The position numbers and the translations under genes are program-made. The notes beneath the pieces were generated by a model. It saw only the letters and a program-made list of their open reading frames with translations. It was not told the origin of the DNA and searched no databases. Shown in pieces: positions 1-8,542 of a stretch of 50,623 bases of DNA (the stretch's first letter is position 1; the number at the start of each line of letters is the position of its first letter). This DNA comes from Thermoanaerobaculia bacterium (GTDB lineage: Bacteria; Acidobacteriota; Thermoanaerobaculia; Multivoradales; UBA5704), in NCBI GenBank assembly GCA_044226625.1, contig JBGAGQ010000049.1, forward strand, positions 1-50,623. The letters run 5' to 3'.

Positions 1-648
1 GTCGGCTTGGTCTATTACGCGGCGCGGCTCGCCGACCTGCCCACCGTGCAGACCCTGCTCGAAAGCCTGCTCCTGGTCCTGCCGTTCGCGGTGATCGTGC
101 TGTTCCAGCAGGAGATCCGGCGCGCGCTCGCCAACTTCGGACGCAATCCGCTTTGGGGACTCGCGCGCCAGCAGAAATCGGCGTCGACGTTCAACGAGGT
201 GGTGCTCGCCGCGACCACCCTGTCGTCGCGGCGGATCGGCGCGCTGATCATCATCGAGCGGCTCCAGGGGCTGCGCAACTTCGTCGAAAACGGCGTCCGT
301 CTCGACGCGGATCTGTCGTACGGCCTGCTGATCAACATCTTCACCCCCGACACCCCCCTCCACGACGGCGCGGTGATCGTCCAGGACGATCGCATCGCGG
401 CGGCCGCCTGCTTCCTTCCGCTCTCCGCGAATCCGGAGCTCTCCCAGGAGTTCGGCACGAGGCATCGCGCGGCGCTCGGCCTCACGGAGGAGACGGACGC
501 GCTCGCCGTGGTGGTTTCGGAAGAGACCGGCGTGATCTCCGTGGTGATCGACGGCGAGATCGTCCGCAACCTGGACGGCAAGGGGCTGCGCAACACGCTG
601 TTCAAGTACCTGATCACCGACCTCTATCCGCAGCCGGGTACCGCATGA
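1..648 (+). CDS. cdaA: Diadenylate cyclase CdaA/DacA (5' end lies outside the window)
   Basis: DAC motifs LHDGAV and GTRHRAA, preceded by a TM segment ending FQQEIRRAL. The frame is open from base 1. Upstream of cdaR-glmM. Confidence 0.95.
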   Translation, partial: VGLVYYAARLADLPTVQTLLESLLLVLPFAVIVLFQQEIRRALANFGRNPLWGLARQQKSASTFNEVVLAATTLSSRRIGALIIIERLQGLRNFVENGVRLDADLSYGLLINIFTPDTPLHDGAVIVQDDRIAAAACFLPLSANPELSQEFGTRHRAALGLTEETDALAVVVSEETGVISVVIDGEIVRNLDGKGLRNTLFKYLITDLYPQPGTA

Positions 649-1331
649 GCGACCGACGGCGAATCTGGGGCTTGCGACTGCTCGCGCTGTTCATCGCGGT
701 CGGTATCTGGAGCCGGGTCTCGCTCGAAGAGCGGGAGGAGACCACCGAGAAGCTGGTCGAGGCCGGCGTCTCCTACAACCTGCCGCGCGGCTATCTGGTG
801 ATCGACCCGGTGCAGAGCGTCCTGGTCCGGCTGCGCGGCAGCCGCAAAGCGATCCGCGGTCTGAATCCATACATGGTCGACGTCCAGGTCGAGCTTTCCC
901 CGACCGCTCCGGAGACCGTCACCGTCCAGCTCGGCGCCGACAACCTCCTGATGCCGGAGGACCTGGAGCTGGTCGCGATCGAACCGAACTCGATCCAGGT
1001 CGAGCTGGATCGCGAGGTGACCCAGCGGGTGACGGTCAAAGTTCGGCTCCAGGGCAAGCCGGCCGAGGGAAACCGAGCGGGGGAGAGCGAGGTGATTCCC
1101 GCGCAGGTTCTGGTCTCGGGCCCCGAGAAGCGGCTCGCCCGCCTGACCTCGATCCCGGCGCAACCGATCTCGCTCGAAGGGCGAACGGCATCCTTCGAAG
1201 AGGAAGCGAACGTCATCTCTCCCGATCCGTTGATCCAGGTCGTCCAGCCCTCGAAGGTCACGGTCCGCGTGCCGGTCACTCCCGAGGCGAAACCCGAACG
1301 CTCCCAAAGGTCGAAGAAGAAGAAGCGATGA
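645..1331 (+). CDS. cdaR: CdaR/YbbR-like regulator of diadenylate cyclase
   Basis: ATG at 645 overlaps the cdaA stop (ATGA). N-terminal TM (LRLLALFIAVGIW) followed by two YbbR-like repeats (P.SV.VRLRG, PAQVLVSGP). Conserved synteny. Confidence 0.88.
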   Translation: MSDRRRIWGLRLLALFIAVGIWSRVSLEEREETTEKLVEAGVSYNLPRGYLVIDPVQSVLVRLRGSRKAIRGLNPYMVDVQVELSPTAPETVTVQLGADNLLMPEDLELVAIEPNSIQVELDREVTQRVTVKVRLQGKPAEGNRAGESEVIPAQVLVSGPEKRLARLTSIPAQPISLEGRTASFEEEANVISPDPLIQVVQPSKVTVRVPVTPEAKPERSQRSKKKKR

Positions 1332-2698
1332 GCCCCTCCAGCCGCCTGTTCGGAACCGACGGCATCCGCGCGCCGTTCGGCCATCCCCCGCTCGATCGAC
1401 GAACGATCTCTTCGCTCGCCCTCGCGCTCGGAGCGAAGCTCCGGAGCGAAGCCGCGGACGGACGCGCCTCCGCGTTCGTCGTCCTCGGAGGCGATACCCG
1501 CGAGAGCACGCCCGAGATCTGTTCCTGGATCGCCGCGGGCCTGGCCGCTCGAGGCGTCGAGACCCGGTTCGCCGGCGAGATCCCGACTCCCGGCGTCGCT
1601 TACCTCGCCCGGCGGCTCGGCGCGAGCTGCGGTGTCGCGGTCTCGGCGAGCCACAATCCCGTGCCGGACAACGGCGTGAAGCTGATCGACGGCGACGGCT
1701 TCAAATGGCCCGAAGAGGCGGAAGCCGCGCTCGAACGAGAGCTGCTCGCGTTGCGCGACGCGCCGGCCTTCGAGCCGCCGCCCGCGAGCGACCTCCAGGC
1801 CGACGCGAGCCTCGCGGCCGACTATCTGCGCTCGCTCGAGGCGAGCGTGCCCGGCGGGACGCCGCTCCGCGGGCTCAAGCTGGCGATCGACTGCGGCCAT
1901 GGCGCCGCGTCGCGCTACGCCCGAGAGCTGTTCTCGGACCTCGGAGCCGAGGTGGTCGTCGTCCATGCCGAGCCGAACGGAACGAACATCAACGCCGGCA
2001 GCGGCTCGACGCATCCCGAGGTGGTGGCGGCCCAAGTGCTCGAAGCGGGCGCCGACCTCGGGATCTCCTTCGACGGCGACGCCGACCGTTGCATTCTCGT
2101 CGACGAGCGCGGCGAGGTCCGGGACGGCGACGCCATCCTCTACCTCTGGGCGCGAGATCTGGCGGACCGGACCGAGCTGCCGCTTCGCAAGGTCGTGGCG
2201 ACCTCGATGAGCAATTTGGGTTTGGTCCGGGCGCTCGCCCGAGAGGGAATCGCGGTCGTCCGTTGCGACGTCGGAGATCGCGCGGTCGTGGCGACGATGC
2301 GGGAGCAAGGCATCGTGCTGGGGGGAGAGCAGTCGGGCCACATCGTCCATCTCGGTCTCGCCAGCACGGGAGACGGGATGTTGACCGCCGTCCAGATGGC
2401 GGCTCTCCGCGCCCGGGCGGGAGAGCCGCTGTCGAGATCGCTCGCCGGATTCCGCCGGTATCCGCAGATCCTGCGCAACGTCCGGGTGCGGGAAAAGCGG
2501 GCGTTCGAGGACCTTCCCCTGGTTGCGGAAGCCGCCGCGCGCGTCGAACGAAACCTCGGCGAAGACGGCCGCCTCGTCCTACGCTACAGCGGCACCGAGC
2601 CGCTGGCCCGCATCATGATCGAAGGGGCGGATCAAGCCGAGATCGCCGCCCTCGCCGGAGAGATCGAGAAAGAAATCCGCGGCGCGATCGGAATCTAG
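1328..2698 (+). CDS. glmM: Phosphoglucosamine mutase
   Basis: Motifs LFGTDGIR, SASHNP (catalytic Ser), DGDADR, GGEQSGH and RYSGTEP. ATGA overlap with cdaR. Confidence 0.96.
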   Translation: MSPSSRLFGTDGIRAPFGHPPLDRRTISSLALALGAKLRSEAADGRASAFVVLGGDTRESTPEICSWIAAGLAARGVETRFAGEIPTPGVAYLARRLGASCGVAVSASHNPVPDNGVKLIDGDGFKWPEEAEAALERELLALRDAPAFEPPPASDLQADASLAADYLRSLEASVPGGTPLRGLKLAIDCGHGAASRYARELFSDLGAEVVVVHAEPNGTNINAGSGSTHPEVVAAQVLEAGADLGISFDGDADRCILVDERGEVRDGDAILYLWARDLADRTELPLRKVVATSMSNLGLVRALAREGIAVVRCDVGDRAVVATMREQGIVLGGEQSGHIVHLGLASTGDGMLTAVQMAALRARAGEPLSRSLAGFRRYPQILRNVRVREKRAFEDLPLVAEAAARVERNLGEDGRLVLRYSGTEPLARIMIEGADQAEIAALAGEIEKEIRGAIGI

Positions 2699-2713
2699 CC
2701 GCGGCGTTCCGAA

Positions 2714-3247
2714 TCAGTTGTCGGCGCCCGGGGGCGGGAGCGGCATACCGTGCCCGCCGAACCGGAAGTGGAAGGTCTGATGGAATTTGTCGAACTTCGC
2801 CTTCTGGTCGGGGGTCAGTAGCTCGGCGAAGCTCTGGTGGAACTCCTGGTGGGCCGCCTCCATCTGTTTCGTCACCTTGTGCACGGCGATCGCCGCGGTG
2901 CCCACGGTCGTCGCGTCGGCTCCGGCGTCGAGGACCTTGTCGAGGTTCTCCTGCAGCGACCTCGCCTGCTCGTGGAGCGGCTTCATGGTCTCGCGCAGCT
3001 TCGTTTCGAGATCGCGCGCCGCGCTCTCCTGATCGGCGGTGAGATCGAGCTCGGTCTTCAGCATGTCGACGAGCGGCGGCGGTCCATCCCCTTTCCACAT
3101 CATCCGGTGCATCCCCGGCTGTCCCGGACCGCCATGGCCGATGAAGACGACGTTCTTCTCGACGGTCGGCTTGTCGTCGGCGGCGAGCGCCGTGTGAACG
3201 GGGTAGGACAGGGCCGCCAGGGTGATCAGGGTCATCCAACGCTTCAT
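2714..3247 (-). CDS. Spy/CpxP-family periplasmic chaperone or adaptor
   Basis: Signal peptide, His/Gly/Met-rich leader and two LTxxQ motifs (LTADQ, LTPDQ). AGGAG RBS. Downstream of a two-component system. Confidence 0.85.
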   Translation of the reverse strand: MKRWMTLITLAALSYPVHTALAADDKPTVEKNVVFIGHGGPGQPGMHRMMWKGDGPPPLVDMLKTELDLTADQESAARDLETKLRETMKPLHEQARSLQENLDKVLDAGADATTVGTAAIAVHKVTKQMEAAHQEFHQSFAELLTPDQKAKFDKFHQTFHFRFGGHGMPLPPPGADN

Positions 3248-3462
3248 GGCTCTTCTCCTTCTGGGTTTGAGTTTGGGCCTGTTTGGTGGCTGATTTTCAT
3301 CGCCTGTTTTCGTCGCTGACCGCGTTTCTTACATCTCGCTCGATTCAGGTCGACCCGCTTCCGAGCAGGCCTCAAGAGGAGTTCAGGGTAGATCGTCTCG
3401 AGCGTCGCAGTCTTCAAGCCGAAGCAAGGCTTCTGTCAAAGATGTAAAGCGCCGTGCCGGGC

Positions 3463-4170
3463 TCACCCGACGAACTTGTAACCGATCCGATGGACGGTCA
3501 CGAGGTAGCGCGGATGGGCAGGGATCGGCTCCAGCTTCTGCCGCAGCGAAGCCATGTGGACGTCCACCGTGCGGGTCTGGGCGCTCGCGTCGTAGCCCCA
3601 GACGCGGTCGAGCAGCTCGTCGCGGCCGATCACCTCGCCGTGGCGCTCGACCAGGTAGCGCAGCAGCTTGAGCTCCAGCGCCGAGAGTCCCACCGGCATA
3701 CCCGCCCGGCGGACCTCGGCCTTCTTCCAGTCGATCTCCACGTCCCCGAAACGGCACGCATCGCCGGAGGTTGCTGCCCCGCGGAGCCCGCCGTCGTTCG
3801 GGCGCGATCGCCGCAGCAGCGCCTCGATCCGGGCGAGCAGCTCGATCGCTTCGAACGGTTTGGTGAGGTAGTCGTCGGCCCCCAGCTTCAATCCCACGAC
3901 CCGATCGACGACCTGGGTACGCGCGGTGAGCATCAGGATCGGCGTCGAGAGACCTCGCTGGCGCAGGTCGCGGCAGACGTCGAAGCCGTTCTTGCCCGGC
4001 AGCATGACGTCGAGCACGATCAGATCGAACGGCTCGGCGAGCGCCAGGGCCTCGGCCGCGTCGCCCGTCATCGCGGGCTCGACTCGGTATCCTTCGCTCT
4101 TCAGCCGGTCCGAGAGCGTGAGCATCAGGCTCGGCTCGTCTTCGACCAACAGGATCCGCTCGCCGCTCAC
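3463..4170 (-). CDS. OmpR/PhoB-family response regulator
   Basis: Receiver motifs LLVEDE, LDVMLP, MLTA and DYLTKPF. Winged-helix motifs RTVDVH and TVHRIGYKF. Confidence 0.95.
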   Translation of the reverse strand: MSGERILLVEDEPSLMLTLSDRLKSEGYRVEPAMTGDAAEALALAEPFDLIVLDVMLPGKNGFDVCRDLRQRGLSTPILMLTARTQVVDRVVGLKLGADDYLTKPFEAIELLARIEALLRRSRPNDGGLRGAATSGDACRFGDVEIDWKKAEVRRAGMPVGLSALELKLLRYLVERHGEVIGRDELLDRVWGYDASAQTRTVDVHMASLRQKLEPIPAHPRYLVTVHRIGYKFVG

Positions 4171-4182
4171 GTTCCTCGTTCC

Positions 4183-6051
4183 TCAGGCCCGAGGGAGGCG
4201 GATCGTAAAGGCGCTCCCGCCCCCCGGCCGCTCGCCCAGGTGAACGGAGCCTCCCGTCGCGGCGAGCGCGCGACGGGCGAGCGTGAGCCCGAGACCTGCG
4301 CCGGTCACCGCCGCGCTCGCCGTCGAGCGGCCCCGGACGAACGGCTCGAACAGGTGGAGGCGATCTTCTGGGGCGACTCCCGGGCCGCGATCCTCGACCG
4401 CGATCTCGATTCCCCCCTTGTCCGTCTCGGTACGGATCCCCACCCAGCCGCCCGACGAGGCGTACTTCGCGGCGTTCTCCAACAGGTTGCGCAGCGCGAG
4501 CCGCAAGGCCGACCGATCGGCGAGCGCCGCCGGCAGGACCGCCTCGGCTTGGTGATCGCGTTCGACGTCGAGGCCGGCTCGCGCGAGCGCCGGGCCGGCG
4601 TCCTCGAGCGCCCCGTCGATCGCCTCGGCGACCGCGAGCGGTTCGGGAGCGAACGCGCGCGAGCCCGATTCGATCCCGGCGAGCTCGAGCGCCTGGGCGA
4701 CCAGAGAGGAGAGCCGCGCCCCTTCCCGGTCGAGCAGGGCGCCGTAGTCGCGCACCTTGCCCGGCTCGCCGACCACCCCGTCCGCGAGGTTTTGGGCGGC
4801 CGACCGGATCGCCGCGATCGGAGTATGGAGCTCGTGCGTGACGCCGGCGACGAACTCCAACCGTTGCTCGGCCAGGCGATGCGCGCGGGACGCCGAGCGC
4901 GCCAGGACGAACAGGCTCGCGGCGAGCAGGCCGAGGATGGCGAGGCTCACGCCGAGATTGCGCGTCCGCACCGCGCTCACCGCCGCTTCCAGCGACCCGG
5001 CGCGATCGGAGATCGCCAGCGCCCACGTGCCCGAGGCCCCCGTGGGCGGCTCCGGGCCCTTGATCCAGAACGCCTCCTCGATCCGCCGGAGCCGCCCCCG
5101 CGGATGCGGCGGAGAACCCGGAAGAATCGGCCGAGGACCGGGACCCTCCACTTTGGTGCCGTGGAGCAGCTCCGGGAGCAACCGATGGAACTCGACCGGG
5201 CCGCGCAGGGAAAGCATCGGCAACCACAAGTCGCCGGAGTCGAACTTGGGCGAAAACGCCGGGTCGGAACGGTAGATCACCCCTTCGGGGCCGACGACCG
5301 CAAGCCGCAGCTCGGGGCGCTTCTCGAGGTGGAACGTCCGCTCGGCGAGCTGCGGCAAGATCTGGCGCCCGATCAGATCTCGATCGAGCTCGACCACCAC
5401 GACCCCGAGGCCGCGGTCGCCAGTCGAAACGGAGGGCGGAACGGGGAAAGGTCCCAACGGCCCGCGGGCGAGCGACGCCTCGGGAAGGAGGAGCGCGGGG
5501 GCGCGAGGCTCGACCTCGGGGCCGGCGAGCCCGGCCTCGATTCGGGCACGCGCCGCGACGAGCCGCGGGGGCCAGGGAACCGGCCGGCAGGTCTCCGGTG
5601 CGCCCGAGCAGGCGTTGAGCACGACGGGATTTCCGCTCGCCCGATAGACGGCTCGCACCAACCCCGGATAGGTGGCGCTTTCACGCCAGCGCGCGAGCTG
5701 GTCGGAGATCGAGCGCGACGCCGGGGTGAACGAGCCCGGAGGGCGATCCCCTTCCGGCGACGAGATCTCCCGCCCTTGCGGGTTGAACCGGATGCGCAGG
5801 GCATGTTGGCTCGGCTGGAAAAGGACGAAAGCGCGCAGGAGCTCCCGGTCGAGGTCGGCGATCATCTCCTCCCCCGCCTCGGAGAGGGAGCGCCGGGTTC
5901 GCTCCCGCTCGAGCCGGCTCACCTCGCCGATCCACCGCCACTGCAGCACGCCGAGCACGGCGAGCAGGGCCACCAACGCGACGACCGCGAGGCGCGTCGA
6001 ACGGGGCCCCTGGGCACCGTTTCCGGTCCGAGCTCGGGCGAGTTTCGCCAT
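4183..6051 (-). CDS. Membrane sensor histidine kinase
   Basis: Two TM segments, H-box VTHELHTP, N-box NLLENAAKY, G-boxes DRGPG and GAGLGL. ATG 6051 preferred because it lies 8 nt after TAAGCT. Confidence 0.93.
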   Translation of the reverse strand: MAKLARARTGNGAQGPRSTRLAVVALVALLAVLGVLQWRWIGEVSRLERERTRRSLSEAGEEMIADLDRELLRAFVLFQPSQHALRIRFNPQGREISSPEGDRPPGSFTPASRSISDQLARWRESATYPGLVRAVYRASGNPVVLNACSGAPETCRPVPWPPRLVAARARIEAGLAGPEVEPRAPALLLPEASLARGPLGPFPVPPSVSTGDRGLGVVVVELDRDLIGRQILPQLAERTFHLEKRPELRLAVVGPEGVIYRSDPAFSPKFDSGDLWLPMLSLRGPVEFHRLLPELLHGTKVEGPGPRPILPGSPPHPRGRLRRIEEAFWIKGPEPPTGASGTWALAISDRAGSLEAAVSAVRTRNLGVSLAILGLLAASLFVLARSASRAHRLAEQRLEFVAGVTHELHTPIAAIRSAAQNLADGVVGEPGKVRDYGALLDREGARLSSLVAQALELAGIESGSRAFAPEPLAVAEAIDGALEDAGPALARAGLDVERDHQAEAVLPAALADRSALRLALRNLLENAAKYASSGGWVGIRTETDKGGIEIAVEDRGPGVAPEDRLHLFEPFVRGRSTASAAVTGAGLGLTLARRALAATGGSVHLGERPGGGSAFTIRLPRA

Positions 6052-6105
6052 CGAAAGAGAGCTTAGCAAGGGCGCTACGAGCGGGCCGCCCGCGGTCCTG
6101 CTTTC

Positions 6106-6119
6106 TTACATCGCTTACA
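6106..6119 (+). promoter_or_regulatory. Candidate response-regulator direct-repeat site TTACATCGCTTACA
   Basis: TTACA direct repeat between divergent promoters. Related copies at 3434-3447 (minus) and 30730-30743. Confidence 0.45.
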
Positions 6120-6155
6120 AGGGTACGGCGGTCGGCCCGGAGTAGACTGGCCGTC

Positions 6156-6863
6156 ATGAGAGGACGAACGGAGGGAACGGAAGAGACCCGGAGCCGGAGG
6201 ACCCTCCGTTGGCTCCTCCTCGGCGGTGCCTTGGTGCTGGCGGCGGCTCGGGCGGCGTCCGCGGCCGCGCCGCCACCGACCGCAACCGAGGCAGGCACGC
6301 TGGTCGGTCGCTGGCAGCTCGACCCCGATCGGAGCCAGGATTTTCGGAGCGCCCTGCGAGAATCGCGAGGCCATCTCCGCGACGGCGGCTTTTCCCATCC
6401 GGGAGGCGGCGGCGGAAGGCCCGGAGGCGGCCCGCCGGGGACCGGCAACAGCGGCTTCCGGGCGCCGGTCGAGGCGCCGGACCTCTCGAAGCTCTCGGGT
6501 CGCATGGAGGCCCCGCTCGAGCAGGTCATCTCCTTCGAGGGCGGCAGCTTCACGATCCGCGCGGAGCCCGAGGCTTCCGATCCGCTGCTGCAGACGCCCC
6601 CTCTGACCGTCACGCCGAACGCCAAGAAGGCGAAGCGCGCGCGCCCCGACGGCACGGAGGTCAAGAGCTGGGCGACGTGGAAAGACGGCGAGCTCACCCT
6701 GTTCGAAAGCCCCGCCCGCGGGCCCGAGCGGAGCGAGCTCTATCGGGTGGCCGCCGGAATCGACGGCAAACCCGAGCTGATCGTCGTCGTGTCGTTGGCG
6801 GGTTTCGGCCCGATGCCGCCGGTCTCCGTGCGCTGGGTCTACCGCCGAGTCAAAGCGCCGTAG
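6156..6863 (+). CDS. Hypothetical exported protein with Gly-rich linker
   Basis: Signal-like hydrophobic stretch, G-x-W-x-L-D motif, GGGGGRPGGG linker, beta-rich C-terminus ending VYRR. TAGACT lies 7 nt before the ATG. Confidence 0.75.
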   Translation: MRGRTEGTEETRSRRTLRWLLLGGALVLAAARAASAAAPPPTATEAGTLVGRWQLDPDRSQDFRSALRESRGHLRDGGFSHPGGGGGRPGGGPPGTGNSGFRAPVEAPDLSKLSGRMEAPLEQVISFEGGSFTIRAEPEASDPLLQTPPLTVTPNAKKAKRARPDGTEVKSWATWKDGELTLFESPARGPERSELYRVAAGIDGKPELIVVVSLAGFGPMPPVSVRWVYRRVKAP

Positions 6864-6927
6864 AGCGTTTCGCGTCGCGCCCCCGGGCCGCCTCTCCAAG
6901 GGGCGGCCTGCTATCCTTCCGGGTCGT

Positions 6928-7683
6928 ATGGCCACGATCAAACCGGTCTTCCTCTTCGCCGACTCCCAGCTTCTCTTCTGGAAGGAAGGCGACCGTCCGT
7001 TCCTCGAGCGCCTACGCGAGCTGCTCGTGGACGACGTCGCCGACCTGTCGAGGCCCTTCAGGGCCGCGTATTTCGGTGCCTCGAACGGCGATGCGCCGGA
7101 GTTCTACGAGCTGTTCCTCGCCGCGATGGACAGCATCGACATCCACGACTGCCGGCACATCCCGGCCCGGCTCGGCTCGGAAGACCTCGCCTACGTCGAT
7201 CAGGCCGATCTGCTGCTCTTCGCGGGGGGCGACGTCCGGCGCGGCTGGGACGCGTTCGACGCCAACGACCTCGCGGCGAAGGTCTTCGAACGGTATTACG
7301 GCGGTGCCCTGCTGGTCGGGATCTCCGCCGGAGCGGTGCAGCTCGGCCTCAAAGGGCTCGATCCGGCGAGCAACCGGCTGTTCGACACCTTTCGCGTCGT
7401 GCCGTTCGTCATCGACGCCCATTCCGAACCGGATTGGCCGATGCTCCATCGCGCGGTCCCGAGCGCGGGCGAGCACGCCAAGGGGATCGGCATCCCCACC
7501 GGGGGCGGGTTGATCTATCACCCGGACTACTCGTTGGAGCCGATCCGCCATCCGGCGACCGAGGTGTACGTGAACGGCGAGGGCCAGCACATCCAGACCC
7601 TCCTCCTGCCCGGCGAGGGACCGTTCGAGGCGCAGCCGATGGAAACGCCGGATTACCTGCGCGAGATCGAGCCGGTCAATTGA
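6928..7683 (+). CDS. Peptidase S51 / class I glutamine amidotransferase-like protein
   Basis: FAGGD motif, nucleophile elbow GISAGA and downstream DAH. Confidence 0.8.
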   Translation: MATIKPVFLFADSQLLFWKEGDRPFLERLRELLVDDVADLSRPFRAAYFGASNGDAPEFYELFLAAMDSIDIHDCRHIPARLGSEDLAYVDQADLLLFAGGDVRRGWDAFDANDLAAKVFERYYGGALLVGISAGAVQLGLKGLDPASNRLFDTFRVVPFVIDAHSEPDWPMLHRAVPSAGEHAKGIGIPTGGGLIYHPDYSLEPIRHPATEVYVNGEGQHIQTLLLPGEGPFEAQPMETPDYLREIEPVN

Positions 7684-8513
7684 AGCTCTACGCTCTCGGC
7701 GACCTGCATCTCCGCCACGAATCGAACCGTAAGGCGCTGTTGAACCTCGCGCCGCACCCGGACGACTGGTTGATCGTCGCGGGCGACGTGGGCGAGACGG
7801 AAGAGCACCTGCGCTTCGCGCTCACCGTGCTCTCGCGGCGCTTCGCGAAGCTGTTCTGGGTTCCCGGCAACCACGACCTCTGGACCGTCCCGCCGCATCC
7901 GGACGAGCTGCGAGGGGAGGCCAAATATCGGCGGCTCGTCGAGCTCTGCCGAGCCTTCGGCGTTCACACGCCGGAGGATCCCTTCGTCGCTTGGCCGGTC
8001 GCGGCGCCCGGAGAGGCGGCGCCGATCCTCGCCCCGCTCTTCCTCCTCTACGACTACAGCTTCCGTCCCGACCACGTGCCGGTCGAAGAGGCGGTCCAGT
8101 GGGCGGCCGAAGAGGACGTCCTCTGTTCCGACGAGGTGCTCCTCCATCCGGATCCGTTTCCCACCCGCTCGGCCTGGTGCGCCGCCCGCTGCGAAGAGGC
8201 CGAGCGTCGCCTCACCGTGGCCGCCGAGCGCGGGCCGACGATCCTGATCAACCACTGGCCGCTCAAGCGAGATCTGGCGATCCTGCCGCGGGTCCCGCGG
8301 TTCTCGGTCTGGTGCGGCACCCAACGGACGGAGGACTGGCACCTCCGCTTCAAGGCTCAGTGCGTGATCTTCGGCCACCTGCACATCCGCGCCACCCACT
8401 TCCGCGACGGCGTGCGATTCGAAGAGGTCTCGCTCGGCTATCCGCAGAACTGGGACGTTGACCTCGGCATCGAGCCCTACCTGCGACAGATCCTGCCCGA
8501 CCCGCGCGGGTGA
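7680..8513 (+). CDS. Calcineurin-like metallophosphoesterase, similar to PptH (Rv2795c phosphopantetheinyl hydrolase)
   Basis: Metal motifs DLH, AGD, GNHD and GHLH. Family strings DDWLIVAGDV, FLLYDYSF, WCGT and DGVRFEEVS.GYP match mycobacterial PptH as recalled. TTG start overlaps the upstream TGA. Confidence 0.85.
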   Translation: MKLYALGDLHLRHESNRKALLNLAPHPDDWLIVAGDVGETEEHLRFALTVLSRRFAKLFWVPGNHDLWTVPPHPDELRGEAKYRRLVELCRAFGVHTPEDPFVAWPVAAPGEAAPILAPLFLLYDYSFRPDHVPVEEAVQWAAEEDVLCSDEVLLHPDPFPTRSAWCAARCEEAERRLTVAAERGPTILINHWPLKRDLAILPRVPRFSVWCGTQRTEDWHLRFKAQCVIFGHLHIRATHFRDGVRFEEVSLGYPQNWDVDLGIEPYLRQILPDPRG

Positions 8514-8542
8514 GGCAGGCGTCAGGTAAACGCCACCTAGCC

